Below, piece after piece: positions 47,301 through 55,899 of a stretch of DNA of 64,000 bases. The notes under the pieces are model-generated. The model was not told where the DNA came from, made no database searches, and saw only the letters and a program-made list of their open reading frames with translations. The stretch lies in the NCBI GenBank assembly GCA_044239195.1, contig JBIIBV010000002.1, forward strand, positions 274 through 64,273, read 5' to 3'. Position numbers and translations under genes: made by a program. The stretch is from Sphingobacteriaceae bacterium. Its GTDB lineage: Bacteria > Bacteroidota > Bacteroidia > Sphingobacteriales > Sphingobacteriaceae. Position 1 is the stretch's first letter. The number at the start of each line of letters is the position of its first letter.

Positions 47301-48621
47301 TGCGCCTGTAATTCTCGAAAGTGCTAAGCTCTATATTGGTAGTGCTGGCAAAATTAGTTTCATTGCAAGTAAAACTAGTACGGGTGCAGAGGTCTCTAGG
47401 GTAACACTCGATGTAACGCCAAATGGTGCTACAGGGCAAGTATACCCATTAAATTTACTCCTACCTGAAGCTGGTGACTATACCGTTTCTATTGAATACC
47501 AAAATGGAGCATCAATTTACAGAAACAACGGCGGAGTGATTGGGTATCCATTTAAGTTGGGTGATGTATTCAGCATCACTGGCAATACAGCTACCGATCC
47601 AAATGGAGTAAATGCCAATTATTATCAAGCCTTTTATTACTATTTCTACGATTTAGCGGTTCGTGCTGCAGGCTGTACCAACGCACAACGCACTGCAGTA
47701 ACTACAAGTGGTTTGACCGCTCCAACCATTAGCGTTAACGGAAATCTGCTTACTTCCAGTGCATCATCGGGTAATCAGTGGTATTACAATGGAGCGTTGA
47801 TTGCCGGTGCTACTGCAACATCGTACACAGCGAATGTAGCTGGATCCTATACAGTGAAACTAACGGCAGGAAATTGTACCGCTACTTCCGCCACTACCTT
47901 GGTAGGTGTTACTTTCCCTTTGCCATATAATAATTTTACAACAACAGTGGTAGATGAAACATGTAGAACAAGCAATAACGGCTCCATAACCATTACGGCT
48001 GTAAAACCATTGAGTTATAGGGCTACTGTTACCGTAAATGGCCAAACCACTACGCAATCTTTTGTAAATAGTTATACGCTTTCAAATTTACAAGCAGGTA
48101 CTTATGCTATTTGTATTACTGCCGACGGGAATACCAGCTACAAAATTTGTTATAGCATAGTAGTGGGAGAACCAAAAGATTTGGCAGTGCTGTCGCAAGT
48201 AAACCCTGTCACCAATTCGGTTACCTTAAACCTAGCTGGAGCAAATACCTATCAAATTCAATTAAATGGGCAAAGCTATCAAACCAATAGCAATAGCATT
48301 ACCCTGCCATTACAAATGGGTACCAACCAAATTTTGGTAAACACCGATAAACCTTGCCAAGGTACTTTTGATGAAGCCATATTAGTGAACGAAAAGGCCA
48401 CCATTTATCCAAATCCATTTGGCGATATGTTGTTTATTAAATTAGGTGGGAATCAAACGAGCACTGTAGCTGTAAACATCAGTAATAGTTCGGGGATAAA
48501 AGTATTTAAGCAAACGTATCAGAATGCCACCGGAACCCTACAAATTAACGTAAGTAATTTAGAAAGCGGGTTTTATCTGTTAACCGTAGGAGATCAAACC
48601 TATAAAATCTTTAAAAAATGA
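44389..48621 (+). CDS. giant S8 (subtilisin-family) serine peptidase with multiple Ig-like/beta-sandwich domains and T9SS C-terminal sorting domain
   Basis: 1410 aa. The Asp is in IGEWDGG, the His in HATHVAGTI and the Ser in GTSMSAPNVTG. Followed by a P-domain-like region and long Thr/Ser/Gly/Asn-rich beta modules. C-terminus IYPNPFGDMLFIKL...GFYLLTV...YKIFKK. Confidence 0.88.
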   Translation: MNTLFSKLTPSLYIGKKFLLVLLILLLPGYVLFAQEISTNAKELNKFARIQKKSVDKDRKEAFKEAEKNNWITFKVFENGKVMSLQSLDAEGHPLYLVTDNNSYAAATTRANKLYTNGGLGLNLSGSTNFLKDKIGEWDGGSVYPLHQEFANNRILNKNATSAVSQHATHVAGTIMATGIYSNAKGMAFGLQRLTSYDFNGDSPEMATEAANGMLISNHSYGYIAGWNYNSSPSGGGAARWEWMGNNGEYEDYKFGYYDNSAKNYDEICYQAPFYLPVKSAGNNRGETGPSVGQTYYRQVSGTWTQFTRTAGDIYSNDLYDCLSLTSNAKNILTVGAINGIPNGPFTSSNIQISSFSSFGPTDDGRIKPDVVGMGVSLTSTIETSPTAYGTLSGTSMSAPNVTGTLVLLQEAYAQKNSGTVMRSATLKGLVIHTADDAGNAGPDYIYGWGLVNAEKAAKVILGDGASSTSIHKIIQDELNQNVPKTLTLISSGAGPLVATICWTDPAGNPTQGSSIDDRTPKLVNDLDLRISDGTQSYLPYKLDPEQPANVATTGDNIRDNVEKIIIPNAIPGKTYTLTINHKGTTLSSGKQAYSLILSGVGGTTYCVPTLAGTLNSKILGFSLANVTYAAAAGCNSTGGYTNLTNQTIQVEAGATYPLSSVTLGTCGTEQDKIAKVYIDFNSDGAFDEVNELVATPTPNLGSTGILPLTVSIAIPATVTIGNTSRARIVLSETTDATTITSCGTYANGEILDMNIKFNAPSKDVGVNTLIDPASGTCSKTGQTVTANVKNFGSSAVSGIGLTARIYNGTTLLTTLTGSYSGSIDPGMDVNITTTGGFNLTSGTTYTIETETTLTGDLNALNNVLSSTVTTSNPPAASNLLVTKCENASSYTLSGSSGGTIFWYKNANDALPVAFNLPGQSATYTEAGSTITTFHAGVNDFSGKVGPATNTIFSAGGYLNGNNPSVLMKANAPVILESAKLYIGSAGKISFIASKTSTGAEVSRVTLDVTPNGATGQVYPLNLLLPEAGDYTVSIEYQNGASIYRNNGGVIGYPFKLGDVFSITGNTATDPNGVNANYYQAFYYYFYDLAVRAAGCTNAQRTAVTTSGLTAPTISVNGNLLTSSASSGNQWYYNGALIAGATATSYTANVAGSYTVKLTAGNCTATSATTLVGVTFPLPYNNFTTTVVDETCRTSNNGSITITAVKPLSYRATVTVNGQTTTQSFVNSYTLSNLQAGTYAICITADGNTSYKICYSIVVGEPKDLAVLSQVNPVTNSVTLNLAGANTYQIQLNGQSYQTNSNSITLPLQMGTNQILVNTDKPCQGTFDEAILVNEKATIYPNPFGDMLFIKLGGNQTSTVAVNISNSSGIKVFKQTYQNATGTLQINVSNLESGFYLLTVGDQTYKIFKK

Positions 48622-49310
48622 GAACTTTTTTAGCAACATGTATTCTTTGTTTTACTATTTTTTCGTGTGGGAAAAAAGGTGGTAGTACCCCTGTAGCAGC
48701 TACACCTACTAAACCTAGCTTAGCAGCACCAGCTCAAAATGAGGCTTGTTTAAACGGTACAGCAGTATCGGCCACAGAGAGTAAAATTTTATTCTCTTGG
48801 TTTGCTGCCAGTAATGCAGAGAGCTACGATTTAATTATTAAAAACCTATTAACCCAAGCCAGTACCACACAAAACACTACGAGCACTAGTTTGGAAGTAA
48901 CCTTGTTGCAAAACACCCCTTACTCGTGGCAAATTGTAGCTAAAACTAGCAAAACAAGCACCATTACCCCGAGTGATATTTGGAAGTTTTTTAACTCGGG
49001 ATCTGGCGTTACAAGTCATGCTCCATTCCCAGCCGAAATGGTTACACCTACCCAAGGGCAAGCGGTTACGGCTAGTGCAGGCAAAATTACCCTCGATTGG
49101 AATGGCAGCGATGTAGACAACGACATCAGTACCTACGACGTATATTTAGGAACAACTAATTCGCCTAATGTGTTGCAAAGCAACCTTTCAGCTAGTGTAC
49201 TCAACAACGTTACTGTAAGTAGTGCTACTACCTATTATTGGAAAGTGGTTACGAAAGATCTAAAGGGCAATACGTCCGATTCTGGAGTGTATAGTTTTAC
49301 GGTGAACTAA
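48618..49310 (+). CDS. lipoprotein with two fibronectin-III/Ig-like repeats, unknown function
   Basis: Lipobox FSCGKK. Two about 90-aa repeats (F.W....A.SYDL.I / L.W.G.D.D.DISTYDVYLG...YYWKVV). ATGA overlap with the S8 gene. Confidence 0.7.
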   Translation: MRTFLATCILCFTIFSCGKKGGSTPVAATPTKPSLAAPAQNEACLNGTAVSATESKILFSWFAASNAESYDLIIKNLLTQASTTQNTTSTSLEVTLLQNTPYSWQIVAKTSKTSTITPSDIWKFFNSGSGVTSHAPFPAEMVTPTQGQAVTASAGKITLDWNGSDVDNDISTYDVYLGTTNSPNVLQSNLSASVLNNVTVSSATTYYWKVVTKDLKGNTSDSGVYSFTVN

Positions 49311-49504
49311 TAGCTCTTAGGTATTTGCAGAATAACAGATATTCAGAAAGTATCAATTAGCGATGTTGATTATGAAGAACGAAGAAAAAGAAAAGTTAAA
49401 ACGTATAGTTTCTTAAACTGAAAATCATTGTTTCGAATAATTAGTAGTAATTAAGAAAGCAAGGTAAAAAATAGGAGGAGAAAACACGAAAGTGTTGTAA
49501 AACA

Positions 49505-49536
49505 AAAAACCCTCACCGAATTCGATGAGGGTTTTT
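49505..49536. terminator. bidirectional rho-independent terminator
   Basis: Arms AAAAACCCTCA / TGAGGGTTTTT are exact complements around the palindromic CGAATTCG. A-run before and T-run after. Lies 9 nt downstream of tRNA-Glu on the minus strand. Confidence 0.8.
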
Positions 49537-49544
49537 AATTTCTG

Positions 49545-49616
49545 TAGCCCGTAGGGGAATCGAACCCCTGTTTCCAGGATGAAAACCTGGCGTCCTAACC
49601 CCTAGACGAACGGGCC
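49545..49616 (-). tRNA. tRNA-Glu (anticodon UUC)
   Basis: The reverse complement GGCCCGTTCGTCTAGGGGTTAGGACGCCAGGTTTTCATCCTGGAAACAGGGGTTCGATTCCCCTACGGGCTA folds as a cloverleaf by hand. Anticodon loop is TTTTCAT and T-loop is TTCGATT. No encoded CCA. Confidence 0.9.
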
Positions 49617-49654
49617 ATAAATCGTTTTCGGTGCCTCAGGTACTTCTAACGTTT

Positions 49655-49730
<76 letters not shown>

Positions 49731-49783
49731 CTATCTTTTGGTCAATTTAAATGTCGGAAAGATCGCCTTGCCTCTGTTTTAAA

Positions 49784-49830
49784 TTGGACTGCAAAGATAT
49801 ATTTCGTTTCTTTGCAGTCCAAATCTTTTT
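49784..49830 (+). promoter_or_regulatory. perfect 13-bp stem hairpin plus T-run in the tRNA-fMet/era divergent region (function unknown)
   Basis: TTGGACTGCAAAG (49784-49796) and CTTTGCAGTCCAA (49810-49822) are exact complements with a 13-nt loop, followed by ATCTTTTT. Ends 14 nt before the era ATG. Confidence 0.35.
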
Positions 49831-49843
49831 CAAAAAAAATTCC

Positions 49844-50722
49844 ATGTCGCATAAAGCCGGTTTTGTGAGTCTCGTCGGGAAACCGAATGCGGGTAAATCT
49901 ACCCTCATGAACGCCCTAGTCGGTGAAAAGATGTCCATCGTTACCTCGAAGGCTCAAACCACTAGGCACCGGATTTTAGGAATTGTGAACGAACCCGACC
50001 TGCAAATTATTTTTTCAGACACTCCGGGCGTCATAAAACCGCATTATGGATTGCAAGAATCTATGATGAGTGTGGTGAATGGTTCGGTAGTAGATGCCGA
50101 CCTTATTTTGTTTGTAACCGACATCAACGAACGGTATGATGAGAACGATGTACTAGAACGTTTACAGAAAACAAAATCGCCGGTAGCGGTCATCATTAAT
50201 AAAATTGATAAATCGGACGAGGAGAAGGTAATGGCGAAGATTGAGCATTGGAAAGAGCTATTGAATCCCGAAGCTATTTTTGCGGTTTCGGCCTTACACG
50301 ACCATAATATACCCGCGGTATTGCAATTTATTCACGATAAATTGCCCGAACATCCGCCCTATTACGATAAAGACACACTAACCGACCGTACCGAGCGCTT
50401 TTTTGTTTCGGAAATTATCAGAGAAAAAATATTTAAACTCTACGACAAAGAAATTCCGTACAGCACCGAAGTATTAATTACCGCCTTTAAAGAAGAAGGT
50501 AAATTAACCCGCATTAGTGCCGAAGTGGTGGTAGAGCGTGATTCGCAAAAGAATATAATAATAGGCAAGGGTGGAGAAATGATTAAAAAGGTAGGCACCT
50601 ATGCCCGCCAAGATATTGAAGTATTTTTGAACAAAAAGGTATTTTTGGAGATTTTTGTGAAAGTTATTGCCGATTGGCGTAACCGAAAAAATTACCTAAA
50701 AAGCTTCGGATACGAGAATTAA
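49844..50722 (+). CDS. era: GTPase Era
   Basis: MSHKAGFVSLVGKPNAGKSTLMN (G1), DTPG, NKID and a C-terminal KH domain (IIGKGG..IK). Confidence 0.93.
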   Translation: MSHKAGFVSLVGKPNAGKSTLMNALVGEKMSIVTSKAQTTRHRILGIVNEPDLQIIFSDTPGVIKPHYGLQESMMSVVNGSVVDADLILFVTDINERYDENDVLERLQKTKSPVAVIINKIDKSDEEKVMAKIEHWKELLNPEAIFAVSALHDHNIPAVLQFIHDKLPEHPPYYDKDTLTDRTERFFVSEIIREKIFKLYDKEIPYSTEVLITAFKEEGKLTRISAEVVVERDSQKNIIIGKGGEMIKKVGTYARQDIEVFLNKKVFLEIFVKVIADWRNRKNYLKSFGYEN

Positions 50723-50734
50723 GACCAAAGAAAC

Positions 50735-52036
50735 ATGAGTAATATAGTAGCCATAGTAGGACGCCCAAATGTGGGAAAATCAACACTTTTTAATCGTTTA
50801 ATAGAAAGCCGTAAGGCCATTGTTGACGATATGAGTGGCGTAACCCGTGATCGTCATTACGGCGTATCGGAATGGGTGGGTAACCACTTTACCGTTATTG
50901 ATACCGGCGGTTATGTAGCCCATTCGGAAGATGTATTCGAAGTAGCCATTCGCGAACAAGTTACCATTGCCATTGAAGAAGCTAGTGTGGTTATTTTTAT
51001 GGTAGATGTGGTTACCGGTGTAACCGATTTGGATGATGAAATTGCCAATATTTTACGTCGTAGTAAAAAACCGGTATACGTAGTTGCCAATAAAGTAGAT
51101 AACAACAATTTACGCAACGAAGCCGCTGTGTTTTATAGCTTGGGACTTGGCGAAATATACCTCATTTCGGCCATGACGGGTTCTGGAACTGGCGAATTAT
51201 TAGACGAAGTAATTACCCATTTCGAAGAAGAACCCGAAGCAGAAAATAACCTGCCTAAATACGCTATTGTTGGCCGCCCGAACGTAGGAAAATCATCGCT
51301 TATAAATGCTTTAATTGGCAAAGAACGTAATATTGTAACCCCAATTGCCGGCACCACCCGCGATTCTATTCACATTCACTACAACCAATTTGGCCACGAG
51401 TTTATGCTGATTGATACCGCCGGATTGCGTAAAAAAACCAAAGTAAAAGAGAATATTGAGTTTTACTCGGTCATGCGAACCATTAAAGCATTGGAAGAAG
51501 CTGATGTAATTGTATTGATGATTGATGCCGTAGAAGGAATTGAATCGCAAGACATCAATATTTTTCACCTAGCCGAGAAAAATAAAAAGGGCATTGTAAT
51601 TTTGGTAAACAAATGGGATTTAATTGAAAAAGATCACAAAACTACAAAAGCATTTGAAGAGCAGATTTATGAAAAAATTTCTCCCTTTACCGATGTGCCC
51701 ATTATTTTCACCTCGGTGGTAGAGAAACAACGTATTTTCAAAGCCATTGAGGCAGCCGCCAAAGTATACGAGAACAAACTTAAAAAAGTTCCTACCTCCA
51801 AACTTAACGATGTGATGCTGCCCCTTATTGAGCATTACCCGCCACCGGCTACTAAAGGAAAATACATCAAGGTAAAATACGTAACGCAAATAAATGCTAC
51901 ATCACCCATGTTTGCCTTCTTTTGCAACTTACCTCAATACGTTAAAGAACCCTACAAACGTTTCATCGAAAACAAGTTGAGAGAAAACTTCGATTTTAAA
52001 GGAGTGCCTATTCAAATCTTTTTCAGGCAGAAATAA
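50735..52036 (+). CDS. der: ribosome-associated GTPase Der/EngA (double GTPase)
   Basis: Two G domains ([12 protein letters not shown] and [14 protein letters not shown]; DTGG/DTAG; NKVD/NKWD) and a KH-like C-terminus. Confidence 0.93.
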   Translation: MSNIVAIVGRPNVGKSTLFNRLIESRKAIVDDMSGVTRDRHYGVSEWVGNHFTVIDTGGYVAHSEDVFEVAIREQVTIAIEEASVVIFMVDVVTGVTDLDDEIANILRRSKKPVYVVANKVDNNNLRNEAAVFYSLGLGEIYLISAMTGSGTGELLDEVITHFEEEPEAENNLPKYAIVGRPNVGKSSLINALIGKERNIVTPIAGTTRDSIHIHYNQFGHEFMLIDTAGLRKKTKVKENIEFYSVMRTIKALEEADVIVLMIDAVEGIESQDINIFHLAEKNKKGIVILVNKWDLIEKDHKTTKAFEEQIYEKISPFTDVPIIFTSVVEKQRIFKAIEAAAKVYENKLKKVPTSKLNDVMLPLIEHYPPPATKGKYIKVKYVTQINATSPMFAFFCNLPQYVKEPYKRFIENKLRENFDFKGVPIQIFFRQK

Positions 52037-52069
52037 CCCCTTTTAATTCCTTTTTCATTTTATTCTCAT

Positions 52070-52094
52070 ATTATTAAGAATTATTCTAAATAAT
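52070..52094. promoter_or_regulatory. 25-bp A/T-rich near-perfect palindrome upstream of the TonB-dependent receptor (Fur-box-like operator candidate)
   Basis: In ATTATTAAGAATTATTCTAAATAAT, 11 of 12 arm positions are self-complementary. Lies 62 nt upstream of the receptor ATG. Confidence 0.35.
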
Positions 52095-52155
52095 TTGATT
52101 CTTATAAATTTCTGTGCTATGTTCGCACATTATTTATAATTAATCTAAATAAGAG

Positions 52156-54366
52156 ATGGGTAGAACACTATTGTTCTTTTTTTTACTGGTATCTGCGTTA
52201 ACCCGACTAAATGCACAAGAAAAAAAGTTGCAATCTACTACATCACAATCAGATAGCATTCGGATGGAGATGCCTCAGGTGGTCATTATTGGTAAAAAAG
52301 ATAGACTATTTACACAAGTGCCCGGATCGCTAAGCTTAATTGACCCGAAAGAACTCAAACAAACAGCCGCATTAACTAGCAATGAGGTTTTAAGAAAAAT
52401 ACCCGGTATAAATGTGGTAGATGAAGAAGGGGCCGGGCTGAGACTCAATATTGGCATTAGAGGCCTAGACCCCGACAGAAGTAGGAATGTTTTGGTTTTA
52501 GAAGACGGGATTCCTATAGCCTTAGGCCCTTACGGAGAACCAGAATTATATTTTAGCCCCTCCATTGATAAAATGGCTGGCATAGAGGTGGTAAAAGGAA
52601 GCGGCCAAATACTTTTCGGACCACAAACTACTGGTGGTGTACTCAACATGTTTACGTTCGATCCCCCAGCTACCGAACAAACACGTATGAAACTATCGGG
52701 TGGAATGGGCGGTATTTTTTCTGGCTTATGGAGCTATGGCAACAGCCTAGGTAAAGTTGGATTTTTAGTAAGTTACTTACACAAAAGTGCCAATAAGCTG
52801 GGGCCAACCTGGTTTCAAGTAAACGATTTATCGGCCAAAATTAAATTACAAACTAGCAAACATTCTAGTCTCGGACTTAAATTAGGTATGTACCATGAAT
52901 TATCGAATTCAACATACATTGGTTTAACCCAAACCATGTTTGATGCAGGCGGCCAAGATTATGCACAACTGGCTCCACTAGATAGATTACCAATAAAAAG
53001 ATACTCCATTAGCGCTACACACAAAATCTATGTAAACCCACGATTTAGCTTACAAACCACTGCTTTTGGGTATACCATATCTAGAAATTGGCAAAGGCAA
53101 GATTTTACTTTCAACGCTGCAACGCCTAATAAAAGCGGGCAAATTTGGGGTGATGCCGGAGTAAGCAATGGGGCCATTTACATGTTAAATTCAAGCGGAA
53201 ATCGTAATAGAAATTTTGCCGTTGCAGGAATAGAACCGCAACTAAAGTGGGAGTATACGTTTCTGAATACTCAAAACGAATTACAAAGCGGCATACGCTA
53301 CTTGTATGAACAGGCTGAAGAACAATTTGTACTTGGGCAACAGGCTAATGCCTCTGCCGGCGATATGCGTGATAGCGAAGTTAGACGGGGGAATGCTCTG
53401 AGCTTTTATGCCCAGAATAAAATTACCATCAATCCAAAATTATCACTTAACGTGGGGGTCCGTTATGAAAACTTCAATTATGAACGTCAAATTTTAAGAG
53501 GGCGGTTCACCTTTAACAATCAAGTGCTTGTTCGCGATACGAATTTGGTTGCCAACAATAACGTGCAAAGCATTATTCCTGGGGCTGGCGTGAATTATGC
53601 TTGGTCTGATAATCTGCAATTTTTTGCAGGCATACACAAAGGTTTTGCTCCCCCAAGAATTAAAGATGCCATTACCTCTACCGGTTTACCCTATAATTTA
53701 GATGCAGAAATTAGCACCAATTATGAAGTAGGAAGTAGATTTAAAATGGGTGAATTTTTAGATATTGAACTGACCGCCTTTGCAATGGATTTCGAGAATC
53801 AACTCATACCGGTGTCGGTTTCATCCGGAAATGCCAATGCATCTGGAATCGTAAATGGCGGGGAAACCATTCATAAAGGAATTGAAGCTGGTTTTAAATT
53901 TGATTTAAGCAAAGTACTAGGCATCCAAAATTCAATAAACATAGAGAGTAATGCTACTTTCCAAAATAGCTATTACACTGCCAACCGCTTTGTAGCATCC
54001 AATGGTAGTACCTTCAATGTAAAAGGTTATCAATTGCCTTACTCACCCCGAGTAATGATCAATTCAGCCTTAAGTTACAGCCCGGACAAAGGTATCGGGT
54101 TCAAACTGGCAACAAATTTCATCAGCTCTCAGTTTTCAGACGAAATAAACAGCATTATCCCAAATGCCAATGGCCGTAGCGGAAAAATAGGAAGTCGTAT
54201 AATCACAGATTTTAATCTATTTTATCAAGTACCCAAACGAAAACTTAGTGTATATATAGCTGCAAAAAATATAGGCGATGTGCGCTATATAAGCACCCGA
54301 AGGCCCGAAGGAATTCGTGTGGGCTTGCCCAGATTGATCACTGCAGGATTAGAAATATCGCTTTAA
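52156..54366 (+). CDS. TonB-dependent receptor (siderophore/metal-complex type, not SusC type)
   Basis: 736 aa. Signal peptide, plug domain (TonB-box-like MPQVVIIG; IEVVKGSGQILFGPQTTGGVLN) and a beta-barrel. No N-terminal carboxypeptidase-regulatory domain. Confidence 0.88.
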   Translation: MGRTLLFFFLLVSALTRLNAQEKKLQSTTSQSDSIRMEMPQVVIIGKKDRLFTQVPGSLSLIDPKELKQTAALTSNEVLRKIPGINVVDEEGAGLRLNIGIRGLDPDRSRNVLVLEDGIPIALGPYGEPELYFSPSIDKMAGIEVVKGSGQILFGPQTTGGVLNMFTFDPPATEQTRMKLSGGMGGIFSGLWSYGNSLGKVGFLVSYLHKSANKLGPTWFQVNDLSAKIKLQTSKHSSLGLKLGMYHELSNSTYIGLTQTMFDAGGQDYAQLAPLDRLPIKRYSISATHKIYVNPRFSLQTTAFGYTISRNWQRQDFTFNAATPNKSGQIWGDAGVSNGAIYMLNSSGNRNRNFAVAGIEPQLKWEYTFLNTQNELQSGIRYLYEQAEEQFVLGQQANASAGDMRDSEVRRGNALSFYAQNKITINPKLSLNVGVRYENFNYERQILRGRFTFNNQVLVRDTNLVANNNVQSIIPGAGVNYAWSDNLQFFAGIHKGFAPPRIKDAITSTGLPYNLDAEISTNYEVGSRFKMGEFLDIELTAFAMDFENQLIPVSVSSGNANASGIVNGGETIHKGIEAGFKFDLSKVLGIQNSINIESNATFQNSYYTANRFVASNGSTFNVKGYQLPYSPRVMINSALSYSPDKGIGFKLATNFISSQFSDEINSIIPNANGRSGKIGSRIITDFNLFYQVPKRKLSVYIAAKNIGDVRYISTRRPEGIRVGLPRLITAGLEISL

Positions 54367-54447
54367 GCAACCCACAAATTAAAATCAGCAAAACTTCCGG
54401 CTTTGGGATAATATTCTCATTTTTACGTATCTCAAAGCTCCATTAAT

Positions 54448-55260
54448 TTGAAACCAAGTACCGAACAAGATTCACATTTTGATAACCTAGATAAAATGTC
54501 TACTCACGACTTGTTGAGAGGCATGAATCAAGAAGATAAAACCGTTCCCTTGGCTGTAGAAAAAGCTATCCCTCAAATTGAAGCCTTGGTAGAAGCCATT
54601 GTGCCTCGTATGCAAGCCGGTGGACGTTTATTTTACATTGGAGCAGGCACCAGCGGCCGTTTAGGCGTAGTAGATGCTTCCGAATGCCCACCAACTTACG
54701 GCGTACCCTTCGATTTGGTAATTGGGCTTATTGCCGGTGGCGATACTGCCATACGTAAAGCCGTAGAATTTGCCGAAGACGATGCCGAGCAAGCCTGGAA
54801 AGATCTTGCTGCCTATCAACCAAACACAAGCGATACGCTAATTGGTATTGCCGCTTCGGGCCGTACGCCCTACGTTATTGGCGGCCTGCAACAAGCCAAT
54901 GAAGCCGGTCTATTAACCGGTTGCGTGGTATGCAATGCCGGTAGCCCGGTTGCTGCCCAAGCTCAATTTCCGGTTGAAGTAGTAGTAGGCCCTGAATTTG
55001 TAACCGGATCTACCCGCATGAAATCGGGTACGGCACAAAAACTCGTGCTCAACATGATTAGCACCTCCATAATGATTCGTTTAGGCCGAGTAAAAGGCAA
55101 TAAAATGGTGGATATGCAGCTTAGCAACCATAAATTGGTAGGCCGAGCCATTGGCATGGTGGTACAAGAATTAGGCGTAAGCGAAGAAAAAGCCAAACAA
55201 TTGCTCGATCAATTTGGGAACGTGCGTAAAGCCTGTGATGGTTTCAGAAAAAACGGTTAG
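54448..55260 (+). CDS. murQ: N-acetylmuramic acid 6-phosphate etherase
   Basis: Contains TEQ.S.....LDKMST, EDK.VPLAV, GAGTSGRLGVVDASECPPTYG, GIAASGRTPYV and TGSTRMKSGTAQKLVLNM. The apparent TTG start at 54448 is uncertain. Confidence 0.9.
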   Translation: MKPSTEQDSHFDNLDKMSTHDLLRGMNQEDKTVPLAVEKAIPQIEALVEAIVPRMQAGGRLFYIGAGTSGRLGVVDASECPPTYGVPFDLVIGLIAGGDTAIRKAVEFAEDDAEQAWKDLAAYQPNTSDTLIGIAASGRTPYVIGGLQQANEAGLLTGCVVCNAGSPVAAQAQFPVEVVVGPEFVTGSTRMKSGTAQKLVLNMISTSIMIRLGRVKGNKMVDMQLSNHKLVGRAIGMVVQELGVSEEKAKQLLDQFGNVRKACDGFRKNG

Positions 55261-55263
55261 GCC

Positions 55264-55830
55264 ATGCACGAATTAGAACCCTATTACCGCTGGCGTGACG
55301 ACTATATTGCTGCTGAAGACCCACGATCACCTTTTTACGAAACGGTGTATAGCGAATTTACTTACGACAAGCAGATTTATAATTACCTCATCCACCCACA
55401 ATGGGATTTTTTTGGCTCCCAAACGCTCTACTTAAAAGTATTATTTGCCGATTACGATCGTGGCTACGTCATTATTGAACTGATTGGCGAATGGAACGAC
55501 GCCTTGCACAACGACATCATGTTTTTGAAACGAGAAATTTTAGACCTCATGGTGGACGAAGGCCTCAATAAATTCATGCTCATTGGCGAAAACGTACTTA
55601 ATTTCCACTCTTCCGACGATTGCTATTACGAAGAATGGTTCCAAGAAGTAGAAGACGGTTGGATAGCCGCCATTAACTTTCGCGAACATGTGATTGATGA
55701 GTTTAAACGAAACAACATCGATTACTACCTCAATTTTGGCGGAGAGCTAGATCAACTCCCTTGGCGCAATCTCAAGCCGATTCAATTATTTAAAAAAGTA
55801 GAAGAACTGCTTACAAAACGATTGAATTAA
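55264..55830 (+). CDS. hypothetical acidic cytoplasmic protein (188 aa), unknown function
   Basis: ORF starts 3 nt after the murQ stop. Trp/Tyr/Asp/Glu-rich, with no TM helix and no motif I can assign. Confidence 0.65.
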   Translation: MHELEPYYRWRDDYIAAEDPRSPFYETVYSEFTYDKQIYNYLIHPQWDFFGSQTLYLKVLFADYDRGYVIIELIGEWNDALHNDIMFLKREILDLMVDEGLNKFMLIGENVLNFHSSDDCYYEEWFQEVEDGWIAAINFREHVIDEFKRNNIDYYLNFGGELDQLPWRNLKPIQLFKKVEELLTKRLN

Positions 55831-55899
55831 ATCCCTTTTGCCAAATTATATTTCACGAAAGCTTCATTTAACCAATCAATCAAAATAATATTCTGATTT

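Noticed and set aside
49751-49843. 31-codon N-terminal extension of era in the ORF track, and the antisense 63-aa ORF at 49747-49938.
   Set aside because: The extension runs through the perfect hairpin at 49784-49822 and has no similarity to Era. The Era G1 motif follows immediately after the ATG at 49844.
52037-52155. A cobalamin riboswitch upstream of the TonB-dependent receptor (as for btuB). The same was considered upstream of metH and of the B12-binding domain gene at 28070.
   Set aside because: No B12-box-like GCCACTG core or extended conserved stems are visible. The receptor leader is only 119 nt and almost entirely A/T. The metH leader is clearly a SAM-I element instead.
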